Assembly: GCA_013239625.1 (NCBI GenBank)
Contig: MU053934.1
Location: 9,507,352 to 9,571,351 of the forward strand
Length of the DNA stretch: 64,000 bases
Source of the DNA: Lama guanicoe
Taxonomy: Eukaryota
Direction of reading: 5' to 3'
The translations under genes and the position numbers were made by a program. The notes under the pieces are model-generated. The model was given only the letters and a program-made list of their open reading frames with translations. It ran no database searches and had not been told where the DNA came from. Of the stretch, positions 50,200-63,687 are shown in pieces (within the stretch, counting starts at the first letter, position 1; each line of letters starts with the position of its first letter).

Positions 50200-50285
50200 G
50201 GGGGCTGGGTATAGCTCAGTGGTAGAGCATGTGCTTAGCGTGCACAGGGTCCTGGGTTCAATCCCCGGTGCCTCCATTTAAAAAG
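50200..50285 (+). mobile_element. tRNA-derived camelid SINE (Vic-1 type), short form
   Basis: GGGGGCTGGGTATAGCTCAGTGGTAGAGCATGTGCTTAGC..; A box TAGCTCAGTGG 50212-50222, B box GGTTCAATCC 50255-50264, short A tail; imperfect AAGAGAG..GGATGGC duplication on both flanks. Confidence 0.88.
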
Positions 50286-53200
50286 AGAGGGTGGGGGGAT
50301 GGCTGTGGGAGGCTCAGGCCCCCCCGCTGTGGAGCGATGCTCTCTCAGGAGATCTTTAAAGGCTCCGAGGGCACGTCACTCACCAGTGTGTAGCTGGGAA
50401 GCACGGTGACCGCAGGCAGGTGGAGAGTGAAGACGGCAGGCCAGGGGCTGGTGTCGCCTGGGCGCCTCTGTGTGCCAAGCGCCCGGCATGGCCTCTGCCA
50501 CGTGGGACCCCAGCGGGCACTAAGCTGGCTGCTCCGTGGTCACCACTGGGCAAGTGACCGAGAGGATACAGGGGAACCGAGTGTCCCAGAGGGAGGACGT
50601 CCTGTAAGTGCCTCTGTGAGGTTGGAGGGGGCACCCTGGTCCAGAACGGCCCCGTGGGCAGCTGTCCTAGTGGGTTATCTGGCCGTGGCCACGTGTGGCT
50701 TGTGTGGCTCACAGGGATCCAGCCTGGGCCCCAGAGCTGCCCTGCCTCTGCAGCGGGAGCACCGCTCGCCTGTCAGGAGGGAAATTCACACCCCAGGTGT
50801 GCAGAGCAGGCGGGGGGTGGCCCGCGGGGCTGCCAGCATCTCCCCGTTCTTTGCCGCTAGATGTGACCTTGTCCTGGTTCGCCTCTCCCAGCTCCTGTGC
50901 TGATTCTGACGCAAACGTCAGTGAGAGGACGACTGAACTGGGCTGTTCACAGAAGCGAGGCCCGGCCCCTGGGCCCGTGGGCGTTCAGCGCGTGGCCCAG
51001 GGTGGCGCCCTCCTGAGCCCCAGCCGGGCCCTGCTCATCGTCCAGAGGGAAGGGTGAGTGGGTGCACGTTGGCACCCCCACACGGTGGGAGGGTGTCCAG
51101 TCTGTGGCCTTTGTTGTGTCGGCCGCAGGGCCTGTCCTGTCTCAGGTGACGGCAGCAGAGCGACCCAGCCCGGGCGCCACGCGCAAGGGGCCGTCAGGGG
51201 TTTCCTCCCGGGCAGAGGGGTTTGTTCGGCCCGTCCTGCTGGTGGGAGAGGCAGGGGCTATGCAGCCTCAGGGCAGCCCCTTCTTGGAGGGGGGCTGTTC
51301 CCCCTCTTGTGAAACAGGACAGTGATGTGCTCGAGGCCGGAAGCCTGCGCAGGCTTTTTGAGGCGGCGGTAGCCAGGCCTGAGCTGACCTCCTCACCCCA
51401 GCTTCTCCCGGAACCTCCCAGCACTCACAGGCTCAGACCTCGTTACCCGCATCCTACAGTCAGGGAAACTGAGGCCGAGAGAAGCACTAGGCAGTGAGTG
51501 CGGGGGAGGCAGGGTTAGATGCCAGAGCGGCGTGACTTGGGGCCCCAAGCCCACGCGGCGTGGATGGGGTGTGCTGGGCTCCCAGGTCCCCCTCTCTGTT
51601 TCCACGTGGAGGAGCTCCTGCCCTGTGACCAGGACCCAGGGAGCAGAGCAAAGGCTTCCCTGGTCTGCTGTGGCCCCGCCACCTGCCCTCTGGCCTGATG
51701 ATGGTACTGACTGGCCTCCTCGAAGCAGATGGAATCAGGGAGGCCCAGGCAGGCTGAGTCGTTGGTGCAAAGACTCTCTGAGCAAGCTCTGTACCATCAA
51801 CACCCACAGCCGTGCCAAGAGGTGGGCACACCGGCTCCCACCACCTCCTATGAGCTGTCCACCTAGATAGACTTCTTTGGTGCCCTCAGCCTCAGTTTAC
51901 CTGACCGTAACTCTTAGGAGTACCTTCTAGCAGAGTTTCGGGGACACACAGTGACCCCCGGAGCACCCATAGCTTCAGTGAGCCTGGGGGTGAGACACCC
52001 CCAGTCTTTGCCCCTGAGAAGCAGCAGGAGTTTGTAACCCACTGAAAGGCAGAAACCCCCCAACCTGGTGCTTTCCTGGCCGCCTTGCCCTTCACTGGAG
52101 CTCAGCAGGTCCAACTTCATCCATGCGGGTTTATGGGTGTGTGAGTGAGATGAGGGGACTGTGGCCTGCTGCCCCTCAGAGAGGGTGACCCTAGAAAATG
52201 GCAGTGTTTCGGGCACAGTCACGTAGATACAGTGGCCTTCTGGCCCGTGGTGGCCCCTGAGAGACTCTGGGTTTCCCCTGAGCTGTGCTGGGCCCTGTGG
52301 GTCTTAGGGGAGGGTGGGCCGGAGCCAACTGGGTACAGACGCAGGGGGTGCGCCCCCCACGCGCCTGGGGGCCCCTTCCCAGGACTGAATCAGCGTCTCT
52401 CTCCAGGTCTTGCCCCTCCTTCCCGGCCGCCCTGTTGCCCCACCGATGCCTGGAGCTTGGATGACTGTGCCTCCTCCAGGTCAGTGCGACGTTTTGAAAG
52501 TTGAACATCAGAGCTCCCCACCCCCTCCCTCCAGGCACCACCCTGGGCTGGGCATGCCTGAAAGGACATGCACGCACATGTAACACACGCATGTGCACAC
52601 GTAAGCGCGTGCTGGCTTGGCCTCTGGAGGACCGAGGGGCTGGGCGGTTGCTTCTCGCACATCTGGGGCTCAGCTGGGCCCTCTCCCTCCAGGGTCCCGC
52701 CCCCCCCCCCACTTTCTGCAGCCAGGGGGCCCAGGGCCCGTAAGGAGTCAGGGCTGGCCCAGGTCTCACCCCAGGAAGCAGGACTGTCCTCCCAGCTCCC
52801 TCCTGCACTTAAGCTGAGCGAAGCCCCCTTTGCGAGGAGGCAGCCATTGCAGGGGTTGGTGCTGGGCGAGTGGGCCAAGGGCTGGGGACCGGGAACCGCT
52901 GGGCAGTTGGCAGCATCTGCCCCTCCCGCCTCTTGCCCTGATGGAACTGTTGTGCTCAGGGTCCGTGGGGCCCTCCCCCAGAGGCCAGCCCGAGGTGTCG
53001 TCTGCCGGGCCCGCTTGGCTGCTTCCAGCCTCCTGGGGAGTCGGTGGGGGTGTGAGAGTGGGGCCAGATTGGCACCATCTCCCCTCCCCCGCTGCTGCCA
53101 TGGCCAGGGGCGGGCCTGGGTCTGTGTGGAGAGGACCTGGGACCCCTCTGCCATCTGGGCTTCGCATGTTTACAGGTTCTGCCTGCCCACCAGACTCTGC

Positions 53201-55689
53201 AGACACTGCCGTGGGGCTTGTGTGTCTGCACCCAGGGCCTGCACCAGCCAGTGCCCAAGGGTGGGGTTGGACACAGATGCCGGGGAGAGGAGGCCTCTGG
53301 GGACAGCAGAGACAGGGAGGAAAGGGGTGTGGGAGGGGACACAGCAGAGGAAAGGAAGAACAGCGGAGGCAGAGGGAAAACAGGCCCGGGCTCGGGGAGG
53401 AGATAGACGGAGCAGAGCGACCAGGGACTGCACGCTGTCGCTGGGGAGACAGGGCCTGCTGGGCTCCACTCAAGGCCGTCGAGTCCGGGTGCTTTCCTGG
53501 GCAGCCACTGTGAAATCCCCACAATGTCTCTTGGGTAGCAGTGGTGGCCTCCGGGGTCCGGATGAAACACAGGCCCCGAGAGGTGCAGCTGACACCCAGG
53601 CCTGCACCAGGACGTGCCGCTGGGACCTGGTCCCCAGACCTTGCCAGGCACATGCAGGAGGCCACGAGGGGAGGGCACATCCCCAGGAGTGGAGACGGGG
53701 TCCAGGGGAGCCCGGGCTGGTCCAGCTGGGAGGCTGGAGGGGCTCCCGGGCCAGAGTGATGGGGGCTGTGCATAGTGGCCGAGGCCCAGGAAGTGTGGGG
53801 AAGGGACCAGAGCGCATTGTGCAACGATGGAGGATGAGGCCGGTGCACAGTCGGTGCTTATTCAGTGCTCACCCAGCACCTGAGTAATCACCGGGATAAC
53901 CACACAGCTTGGTCACTGCGAGGATGAGAGCGTGCCCAGGGCCTGCAGGCAGGGCCACCCTCCTCCGTGTGTGCACACCCTCCTCGTTCCTCCCCAGGAC
54001 CTGGCACGGTGGTCTGTCACCTCCATCCTGTCCATCCAGAATTGGAGGCTCCGGGGCTCGGAGCAGCCCAGCTCCGGTCTCGCCAGTGATTCTGCAGGGC
54101 TGTTGGGGTGACGGAAGCCCTTTGGGATGCTGGCTGGAGCTGGGGGAGAATTGAAGGTTTAGAGGGGGCAGTGACTCACTTGGGTGGCTTTGTTTTTGAA
54201 CCAACTCATAATTGTTCTCCTGCGAGTCTGCCCAGAGGTGGCCTAGGACGGCGAGGTCTAGGCCCTGGGCAGCGCCCTGGTCTCCTTTCCCTGCCCCTGC
54301 ACCTGCCGCCTCACCCACGTCCAGCAGCAGACGGGAGACACGTGGACCCAGTCAGCACGCAGTGCTGGCCAGCTTTCTGAAGGGAATTGTCCCTGTCCTC
54401 CCTGGCACCCTGCGGATAGAGGCCACCCTGTCCCTTGGGAGTTGGCATAGATGTGGGTTCACAGGAAATCAAGGCTTGGGCGGTGGCTTAGCACCCATGG
54501 CAGAGCCAGTGTTGAGAGTTGCTGGCCCTAAATCTGACCTGTGTCTGGGGCTACAGCGTGGTGAAGGGTTGCAGCCTTTTTACATGGGTGATGGCCAAGG
54601 GCGTTCTGGTGCCTCAGTGCTCCCGGGCAAGCCAGGCTGAGCAGGCACGGTGCTCTTGGAGAAGAGCTGCTCAGACTTGTGCCTGCTGGGGCAGGGACGT
54701 CAGGCTGCTGGACAGGGTGGACACAGCTGAGCTTCCAGCCCAGTAAAGTCCAGGGAACAAGGCCTCCGGCAGCGGAAGCAGGCATGAGTCCTGAGCGTGC
54801 CTGGGAGAGCCCTTGGTGAAGACGGCTGTTTTGCTCGTGCCTGGGGACTTGTCAGGATACCTGTGGTCACACAAACGACAGGGACAGTGGCTCCTGCCCT
54901 GCGACATTGCGTCTCCACCCTGTAGAAGAGGCATGGGCTCCCTCCTAATCCCCCTCTCTCATTCCTTGATGCAGGCCCTGCCCCGGCTCTGGACCTGCCC
55001 GCCTCCATCAGAGAGCAGGGCGCCACTGTGCCCAAGGTGCGTGAGTAGTGTCTCCCCTGACCCAGTTGCCTTTCGGGGACCCCACGGCTGGCTGCAGCCA
55101 GGGCCAGTGCACGGCGATCCCCGGGCAGTCTCCTGGTATTTGTGGGATGGTTCTCAAGGGTTTTCGCTCTGCACAGGCTGGGAGGGGTGGCCTGGGGCTG
55201 GACCCACGGCCCCCAGGGCAGTGCTGCTGGTCTCTGCCTTAGGTCTGGGGTTCTGACCCGGACGCCATCTGCTCGGGCGGCAGAGGCTGTGCCTCTTGTC
55301 CAAAGGAGGCGGGGAGGGGGCTCCCCAGAGGAGACGCAAGACAGGCAAGCAGGACAGGGGTCTTGAGGCTCAAGAAGCGGTTGTGGCCGACTCTGGCCCC
55401 AGCCCCGCAGGGCCTTGGTGCTACGGAAGGTCAGGTGGGCTGCGGCCATGCATCGCTGGAGTGGGTCCTGCCGGTGTCCCTCACTGGACAGGAAGGAGGT
55501 GCCGGCCTGGACTGCGGGGTGAGCTATGCCGGGATGTCCCTGGAACGCAGGACAGCCCCTTGGGCCTCCTGGTTGGAGGCTGCCCTGACCTCAGGCCAAT
55601 GAGGACCCCCCAGGGGGGTCCTGAGCAGAGGAGGGTTTTCACCCGGGAGGAGCCTAGGCCTGGGAGGCAGCAAACCTGCATTCACCACC

Positions 55690-56430
55690 GCGGCTCCTCA
55701 CGGGTCACCACCTCACGCTGGGCCGCCTCCCCGTAAGGCGGGAGGGCACTGGTGCCACAGCCGGGGCAGGGGCCTGCCCTGGAGACCACCCGGAGCCCCT
55801 CGAAAGGGCAGCAGGGCTTCTGGTGACCCTGGCAGCTGGGAGCGTGGGCGGAAGGAAGGTTCCGGAGAGCTCACTGCCTGCCCTCTCCCGCCCGGCCCTC
55901 CCGGCCTCGGAGTGCTTCCAGCGCAGACGAGCTCCCCGCGGGCTGCGGGCGCCCGGCGCTGCGCGAAATGGCCGCCGCCCTCCGCCATCTTGTGTGCGAG
56001 GCGGGCGGCCCCGAGCGGCCTGGACCGAGCCCAGCGCCGCCTCCCGCCCCAGCCCGGCCTTGGCCGTGGCTCCCCTGGGCTTGGCACCAGCCGCTGCCTT
56101 GGCGAGGCGGCCTGGGAGCCCCGGCCCCTCACCCAGCCCTGCCCGGCCCCTTGCCGCCCCCAGGCCTCCCCGCCAAGCGGACGGAGACGCTGCAGCCAGC
56201 GCCCAGAAGAGCTGCAAAGAGAGCCATGCTCCTGGAGGGAGTCCCTGGCAGCCACCGGGTCAGTGCAGACAGTTCTAGAAACAAGGGGGGGAGGGGCCCC
56301 CTGGACACGCCGCGCACAGAGACAGGGAAGCGGCACCCTCAGGCCGCCAACCCCCTTTCCTGCCTGAGGAGTCTCTGGGCTCCTGGCCGGGCGCCAGGCC
56401 AGACACTGGGGCCACGGGGGTCAGTCGGGC
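55690..56430. promoter_or_regulatory. CpG island with paired YY1 motifs, ~7.5 kb upstream of let-7a-3
   Basis: Dense CpG; AAATGGCCGC 55966-55975 and CCGCCATCTT 55982-55991. Confidence 0.7.
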
Positions 56431-59400
56431 TTCCGGTCCTGGCACTGCCAGTCCTCAGGAAGCAGGGCAGGGGGCTTCCTGGAGGAGGTGAGCCCCCTGC
56501 TGAGAGAGGCAGGCAGTGCTTCCCTGGGGCCTGGGCCTCGGCGGCTCTGCAGCTCCCAGAGCCGGGGTGGGCCTGCTCACGCCCAGCCCCGCTGCACCCA
56601 CAGCCCTCGCCTCTGCGGGACCAGCACCCCCAAGGGCGCTCTCCAGGCTGGGAGCAGGAGGCGTCTCCCTGCGCACGTCGTGCTCTTGCTCTGCGCACAG
56701 TGTGACCAGGCTCGCGCGGCAGCCAGCACCCCGCAGGCAGCGGTAGCGCGTTACCCCGGGGAGGCAGTCCAGGGAGTTCTGGCAGCTGGGGCCTGGAGGG
56801 AGACAGGAGAAGCCGTTGTCCCGGGAGCCAGCACTGGGTGTCACCGCAGGGCAGGGCTCCGCCGGCTGCCAGGCCTCAGTGCCCGCCCGCAGGACCTGGT
56901 GATAGGTCCTCATGGGGCAGTCAGCGTACTTCCTGAAGGAAGTTCACAGAAATTTCTGTGTAAAGAAGCAGGGGCTGGTGTTTGAAGATAGTGTGCACGT
57001 GTTAAAGGGACTGCTGTCATGTCTCTGGCAGCGTAGGGTGGGCCAGGGACCCGGGGCCAGATTTGCCCTGTGTTCTGCGTGGCCAAGGTCAGGCCCCCAC
57101 GGGACAACACACAGGTAGCAGAGGGCACAGCAGGGCTTCAGGAGCAGCAGCGTGGCTTCCCCAGACCCTTGGGGCCCTGCCAAGCCCTCCAGACTGGGAA
57201 GGTTGCTGGGCGCAGCCCCAGGCCCTTCCCAGACCCCTCTCCTCGCGGTTCCCAGAGAGAACATTCCGTCACCATGAAGTGAGGTTTGCTCCTCTCCACT
57301 ACCCCCCCCACCCAAGGGAAACCCAGCCAAGGACAGGATGATGGCATGCCCAGACCAGTGCCACGGGTCCATATGCCAGGCCAGGCCCATGGCCTCCCCA
57401 GGGGGCCAGGGAGCCCCGCAGCCAAGCTGCCAGCAGGTGGGGCTGCCCCCGGCGTGGTTTCACACCGGGCATTTTTAATGCTGTGGTTGCATCTGGTCCC
57501 CCTCCCTTACTCTCTCTCCGTGCCTTGTGACCCAGACTGCGGCTTGAACTGAGAATATTTTCAGATAAATACACGCCTTTGAGGTTAAAAGTGTTGCCCA
57601 GTGGTTAAATGCCAGAGACACCCATGGGCTCAGAGAGGGCTCTGCGCCTGGCTTTTCCCTTTGGATTCTGAGCAAACCCTGCAGTTGTGAATAACCGCTT
57701 CTCCTGCGGACACCCCACTTTGCACAGAGGCACCTGGACCTCCCTTCCGACGGCCCTCATGTCCCTGCCTCACTTGACAGAGCAGACCGCTGAGGCCAGA
57801 GGTGCTGGTTAACTTGCCCAAGGCCCTCCCTTCACTGGTTGGAACCAGAGCAGGGATCCGAACTGTGGCCTGGCCGCCCCTAAAGCCATCAGTCCCCGCC
57901 CCCACCTCTGTGCCCATGGCCCCCATAGGTGCAAGTGTGTCTACACAGCTGGGCTGGATCCCCCTGGCCCTGGGCCACTCGGGCCTTCCCAGCCTCCTGC
58001 ATGCTAGGACTCTGTGGGCTTCCAGACACATGTCTGTGGTCCATGACACTTGACCCCTTCCCTGGAGAGTGGACGTTCCCCAGGCCTGGCCACCTTCCCC
58101 CTTGTGAGCTTGGAGGTCTCTGGGGACAAGAAAGTGGGGAGCCAGCACAGACTCCTGAGGATGGGAGACCCCTACCCAGAGCACAGGGGCATCTGTCGTG
58201 GGGAGACTGGGCGGGGAAGGTGCCAACGAGACAGCACCTTGAGCCCAAGAAGGAAGGCAGGCCTGGGGTCTGTCCCTGACCCATGGGCTGCACCTGGGGG
58301 GCTGGGGCTCCTGTCTGGAGGGCCCCTTCCCCACCCTCCTGGCCTGTGCCGCCCAGAGGTGTCCAGGGCCGTGGGAAGAGTATGGGCTCAGAAATCCAGA
58401 GTCTGGCTCCGGTTTTGCCTTCTGTCCCTGAGGGCTGCTCTTGGGGGTGTTGCAGCCACTGGCCCTTGCACTTAGCCGAGCTGTTGGAATCTGGGGCAAG
58501 AGCAACAGTCTGCACCCCTCCATCCTGCCTCGGTTTAAGCTTGATGTTTTATATCATGGACCTTTTTGCATTGATTTTGTTTTTCTGATTTTACATTAAG
58601 ATACATGGTTCCTGAGTTTGGTGCTCCATACAGTGTGTGCCTGACCCACGGTGGGTGCCTGGCCCCTGCCGGCCCGAGCTGGCCTCTGCCCGGTGCACAC
58701 ATCTCGTTAACTTTATGGGCCGGCCGTGTTTGCAGGGAGACCCGGCCCCCGGAAGCCACCCCCACGCCTTTTCCCAGACTCCGTTGTTGGCACGGCTTGC
58801 CGAGCAGAAACACTGGCCGCTTCATGGGGAGAAACCTAATCGGGGTGGCAGTAGGGGGGCAGCCATGGGGGGGTCCTGGCTCTTGGTGGCCCCAAGCCAA
58901 GCCTGAGGTGACTGCAGGGTGACACCGTCTGTCTGCCTCGCTTGCTCCAGACATCCGCCTGGCCCTGAAAGTGCCACCTGCCCACTGAGGCCTCCCACAC
59001 ACCTGTCCCCAGTTGGCCTGGCTCCTCCTACCCTGGGCCTGCCCGGCACCCTGCCCATGGGCAGACACTGTGGGACTGGGGCTGGGCTGGTGGTGGCAGC
59101 TGGCAGATGGCAGGGTGACTGTTGCTCACTGCCCGGCAGCCCTGCTCAGGGAGCCCCCTTCTCACTATGTTGCCTGCCCCTGCTGCCGGTCCCTGGTCCA
59201 GACCAACTGGGAAGTCCGTTTGGAGGTCTCAGACCCCTGACATCCCACCAGAATAGGGGAGGTCTCTGCCATTCCTCCCTGGGCGAGAGACCCTTGGTCA
59301 CTCCTAGGACTGTGGGGTGAGTGGGGGAGCCCAGCAAATCATGCCTGCCAACACACGGAATTTGAGCCTTTCCCCCACTAGCTCAGAAATGTCTCCACGA

Positions 59401-62400
59401 ACGGGTCACAGACCCAGAAAAGTCCCTCCTCCCTTCCCCGAACCGGGGTTGTTGGCTAAAGAAAGAGCTAGGTTCTATGGCGGCCCTCCCTCGGTGGGCA
59501 AAGCCAGAGTTCGGGGAGCCCTGCTTGGGGTACGGTACCTGCTTCCCGGTCACCGGGGAGGCCTGGAGCGGCTGTGCGTGTGCAGGCGTCCCGCCCCACC
59601 CTCGGTGGAGAGAGGAAGCCTCCGCTGTCCATGGGCATCCTTCGCAGGCACCGCTCGCATCGGCTACACCGCCTGCCACGGGCTTGGGTGTTCCAGACGT
59701 GAGGACTGGAGCCTAGGAGGGCAAGGCCAGGTCCCAGAGCCAGGGCAGAGCTAGGATTCACCTGGGCCCCCGCCGCAGGCCTCCAGATGGGCTGCAAGGG
59801 AGGCACACGTGTGCAGGGAGCACAGGGTCTTCGTGAGCAAGGAAGGGAACAGTGGAGTGGTCACTCCTGGCACAGGACAGGCGAGGGCAGCGGCTGGGGG
59901 GTAGGGGGGGCTGCCCAGGGCATTTTTCTGCCCTAGGAGGCTGTAGGGGGCAGGGGTCCAAGGAAGTGAGGGGAGCCGGGCGGCTGGGGCACAGTGTGGA
60001 GGAGCGAAGGTGCAGCAGCATGGAGACAGGCAGCCCGGCCTAGGGGGGCACGAGGGAAAGGGGCGGGGCAGGACCTCCTGGTCAGCCCTGCTTGTGGCTG
60101 AGGACCCTGGGGCTCAGTAGTTGGCACGTGGCAGGGCTGGGCAGGCCCAGGTGGGTCAGGCTGCAAGCCTAGCATCTTGGGCTCAGCCTTGGGCTGTCCA
60201 GCTGGCCAGAGGTCAGCTGTGGTCGTCTTCACCTTTCCCCCGTCCCCCGTGCTGGCTCTGGGAGGACACCTGGCCAGAATGGGCCAGAGCCAGGTGGGGT
60301 TACAATTTGTTGAGGGAGCCCTGGCTGAGTTCTCAGACCGGGCCCTGGGAGCCCCTGCCCCGGGGACCATCCCAGGCCTCACTGGCCACAGGACAGGAGC
60401 CTCAGCCTGTCTGGAGCCTCCTCTAAAGGAGGGGGGGTGTGACTTTTCATCCTGGTGCCACTAACTGCCAGGCACACAGGAGAGCAGTACATGCCCCCTC
60501 TCTCCCGGATCCCGTCCCCTCCATGCCCCAGAGCATCAGTGGGAACCTGGCCTGGCGCTGGCCACCCAGCATTCAAGGATGAGACCTGTGTCTTGGTCAC
60601 CTGTGCCCTGGCATCATCCAGCATGGGACAGCCACAGAGGCCACACAAGCCTTTGCACGGGCTGTGTCCAGGCAGGAGGCCTGGTGAGACAGACTAGGCG
60701 GAAATGCAGGCTCTTCAGCAGGTGGCTGGGAGAGAGCTCGGGCATGGCCATGCCTCTTCCAGACCTGACGCTTGTTCTTTCTCTTCTAAAACCCAAACAG
60801 GTCAAGAAGGGGCGCTGAGATGGGAGCTTCTGTCTGAGGCCTGCCTTCCTCACGGTGAGCTGAGCGTTAGGGCCCCACCTGTAGGGGCACCTCACTGCCC
60901 GCCCCCTTCTCCCCAGCCCAGCCACAACCCACGGGCCGCCTCGCCCTCTGGCCTCCTGCAGGAGACAGGCCAGCCGGCTTCCTGCCCCTGGCCTCAGAGT
61001 TGCTGCACAACCACTCCCGCGGAATGCCCAGGGGCTCTCACATCTGGCACCTCGGCATGCCCCTCCTACCGTCCTGGCTCCCGGAGGCAGGGAGCCATGG
61101 GGAGTTTATCATGGGGAGGGGTGTGATCAGATCTGTGTCCTTCCCGTTCATCTCTGGGCCCCGCTGTCACACACACAGGTCCTTAGATGGTGGTACCAGT
61201 GCCAAACCTTTGCCCAGGCTTAAGCCGTCCACCTGAAGCCACGTCTCCCCTTGTCCTCCTGCCACTGCTCAGCAGCAAACTCTCTCAGGTGGCTCACCTC
61301 ACCTGCCCACAACACACTTGTGACCTTTGAGCTGTTGGTCTCTGAAGGCTCTCTGGCTATAGTCTGTCCCAGCATCTGGATGGAAGAGGAGCGCGGCCCC
61401 GTCTCACTCTGCCCAGCGAGGACTCCCCGCCAGGCTCACCCTGCACCCTTCTCTCCGCCCAGCCATGCACCAGCCCTCAAGTGTGGTCCTGATAACACAG
61501 GCTGCCTGCCGTCCACCTGAGACGCACACGGTGAGTCTGGCCTGGAACAAGAAAGGCCAGATAAGGGGACCAGGCACACCTGCTCCTCCCAGGCCGGGCT
61601 GGCGGCTTGGGGGCTTGCAGTGGCTGTGGGGGTGGACCAGGGTGTGTGTGCGCGCGCGCGTCTCCCTCTCTCCCCACACCTTTCCTTGTCCCTTGGAGCC
61701 TAGCCCGGAGGCCAGCCCGTTGTGTGGCCCGCGGCCGCCATCTGGGGCCGGGGCCCTCCTACGGGCAGCCATGCAGGCTCTGGAGCTGAAGCCCGGCCCC
61801 AGGGAGGACGAGCAGACGCAGGCCGCAGGGCAGGGGCTGTCGGAGTCCAAGCGCTGGGGCATACGTGGATTCCAGCTCGGGGTTAGTTAAGGTGGCCTGG
61901 CTGCAGGGCACCTGCTGCATTGACCCCACATCTGAGTGAGGAAATCAGGCCCCACGAGGGCATAAGAGGTGCCCGGAGAAGCCAAACAAGGAGGCCACCT
62001 GGTCCAGCAGCCAGCTCCACCTGCTGGGCTGGCCTGTCTCATGCCACTGGGGCCGTGGTCAGAACCAGATGGTCCCTGCAGCCTGAGAACATTGCAGTCT
62101 TGGGGGCTAAGTCAGGAGCCCAGAGCATGCGCTCAGGGTGCCTCCCCTAGAGTCACTCTGAGATGTTTGGTGGAGCCCTGAGCTGGGCACCAGATTCTTG
62201 GCCTGTTTCTTCCCCAGTGATGAAACTAACGGCAGCCAGTCACCCCGCAGGGCAGCTGGGCAGGCATCAGGCTGCCTCTGCACAGAGCTAGGCTCTTCCC
62301 ACCCGGACCACTCATCATTGCTGGGGGTGGGGAGAGTATGTCAGAGGAAGACCCTTGGTCACTCTTCCCTCAACCCCATCCCTAGAGGTTGGCTGGCTCT

Positions 62401-63687
62401 GCCTGGAGAGTCCTTGGGGACCTCCTGGTTCTGTCCACCGACCAGGGAGTCCAAGTAGAAGCAGGGGAGCGGGACCCTGAGACCCTCCCATGCAGATTTC
62501 CCTCTGGGACCTTGAGGGAGACAGGCTGCCCATGACCACAGGTTCCTGGGGGGCCAGGCTGTGAGGGGCACTGCTGACTCCACTCCCAGGTGACTGCCCC
62601 GTGTTTCCCACTCTGGGTGGACCTGATGTCCCCCTCACTGGCTGAGAGTTCTGGGACTCATTCCAGGGTTCTTCAGGGAGCAGCAGCTGCCCTGATTATT
62701 GGGACTGGGCCTGAGGCCACCCTCTGCAGTCGTGCGCACAGGCCAAGCTGGGAGAACCTCAGAGCGAGCCCTCTGCTACCCAGGGCCCATCTGAGGCTCA
62801 GTTTCCTCACTATGGAATGGAATCAGTGATCCTAGCTTCCCCGGGCCTATGAGGACCAAATGGTGCAGCCCAGCCTGGTGCCTGCCTGGAGGAGGCAGCC
62901 TGCTAGGAGGAGGTGTGGGGTGTCGGAGAGCTCAGAGCTCTTGTACCATCTTACCAGGCAGAAAGCAGAAGGATCTCTCTGCTCAGCTGCCTGTCAGCTG
63001 TGTGACCTTGTGAAGGTCCTGCTGCCCGTCTGGGCCTCAGGCACGGGCACTGGGCCTGTGTGTCCCTCCAGGGTCTGGCTCAACCACCCTTTCCTGGGAG
63101 CCAGGTTCCCTTTAGGAAGGAAGGAACAACATCTGTAGCCTTTCCCCAGACGAGGGACGCCCAGGTCACCCTGGGTGGCAGGACCAGACCAGCCAGAACC
63201 CACCAGGAGGGGTCCCCGTCCGTCCAGTGGGTGGAGGGAGCAGGCCTCAAGACCACGGGATGTCCTGGGGCAGCAGGGAAGCTGTGCTGTCAGAGGGCAG
63301 TGGCCAGGTGGGCACTCGTGGCCCCTTTGGACACATGTTGGCCTCCAACAGAAGACAGTCTTCCTCCCAGTGTCACCAGGGCAGAAGTCCCTCAGGGACC
63401 TCATGGCCACTCCTGTCCAGACGGGAGTGATCCAGTTGCCTGTAACGTTCTCCCCGAAGCCACGCTGCCCTTCTGCCTGCCTCCCTCCCCCTCCCCTCTG
63501 CTTCCTTTTCCCTTTCTGGGTGATGGCTTTCTCCTGGGGGGCTGCTCCTGGGGAGTTTGGGGCTGTGCAGGCCCTCCACGGACTCGCCTGCCAGAGTCCC
63601 CGGCTCCCTGCAGCTCCCCTCCTCCCTCCAGGAGGTACCTCCGGAAGCCACGAAGCCCCTCGCGGCGCCGAGACTGACGGCCCTTTG

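Noticed and set aside
50200..50285. tRNA-Ala-like gene
   Set aside because: The acceptor stem is imperfect, it has an A-rich tail and flanking duplication, and a second copy lies at 15420-15556. It is a SINE, not a tRNA.
52568..53887. 439-aa and 360-aa opposing ORFs
   Set aside because: GC-rich composition, no recognisable domain or exon structure, and open on both strands.
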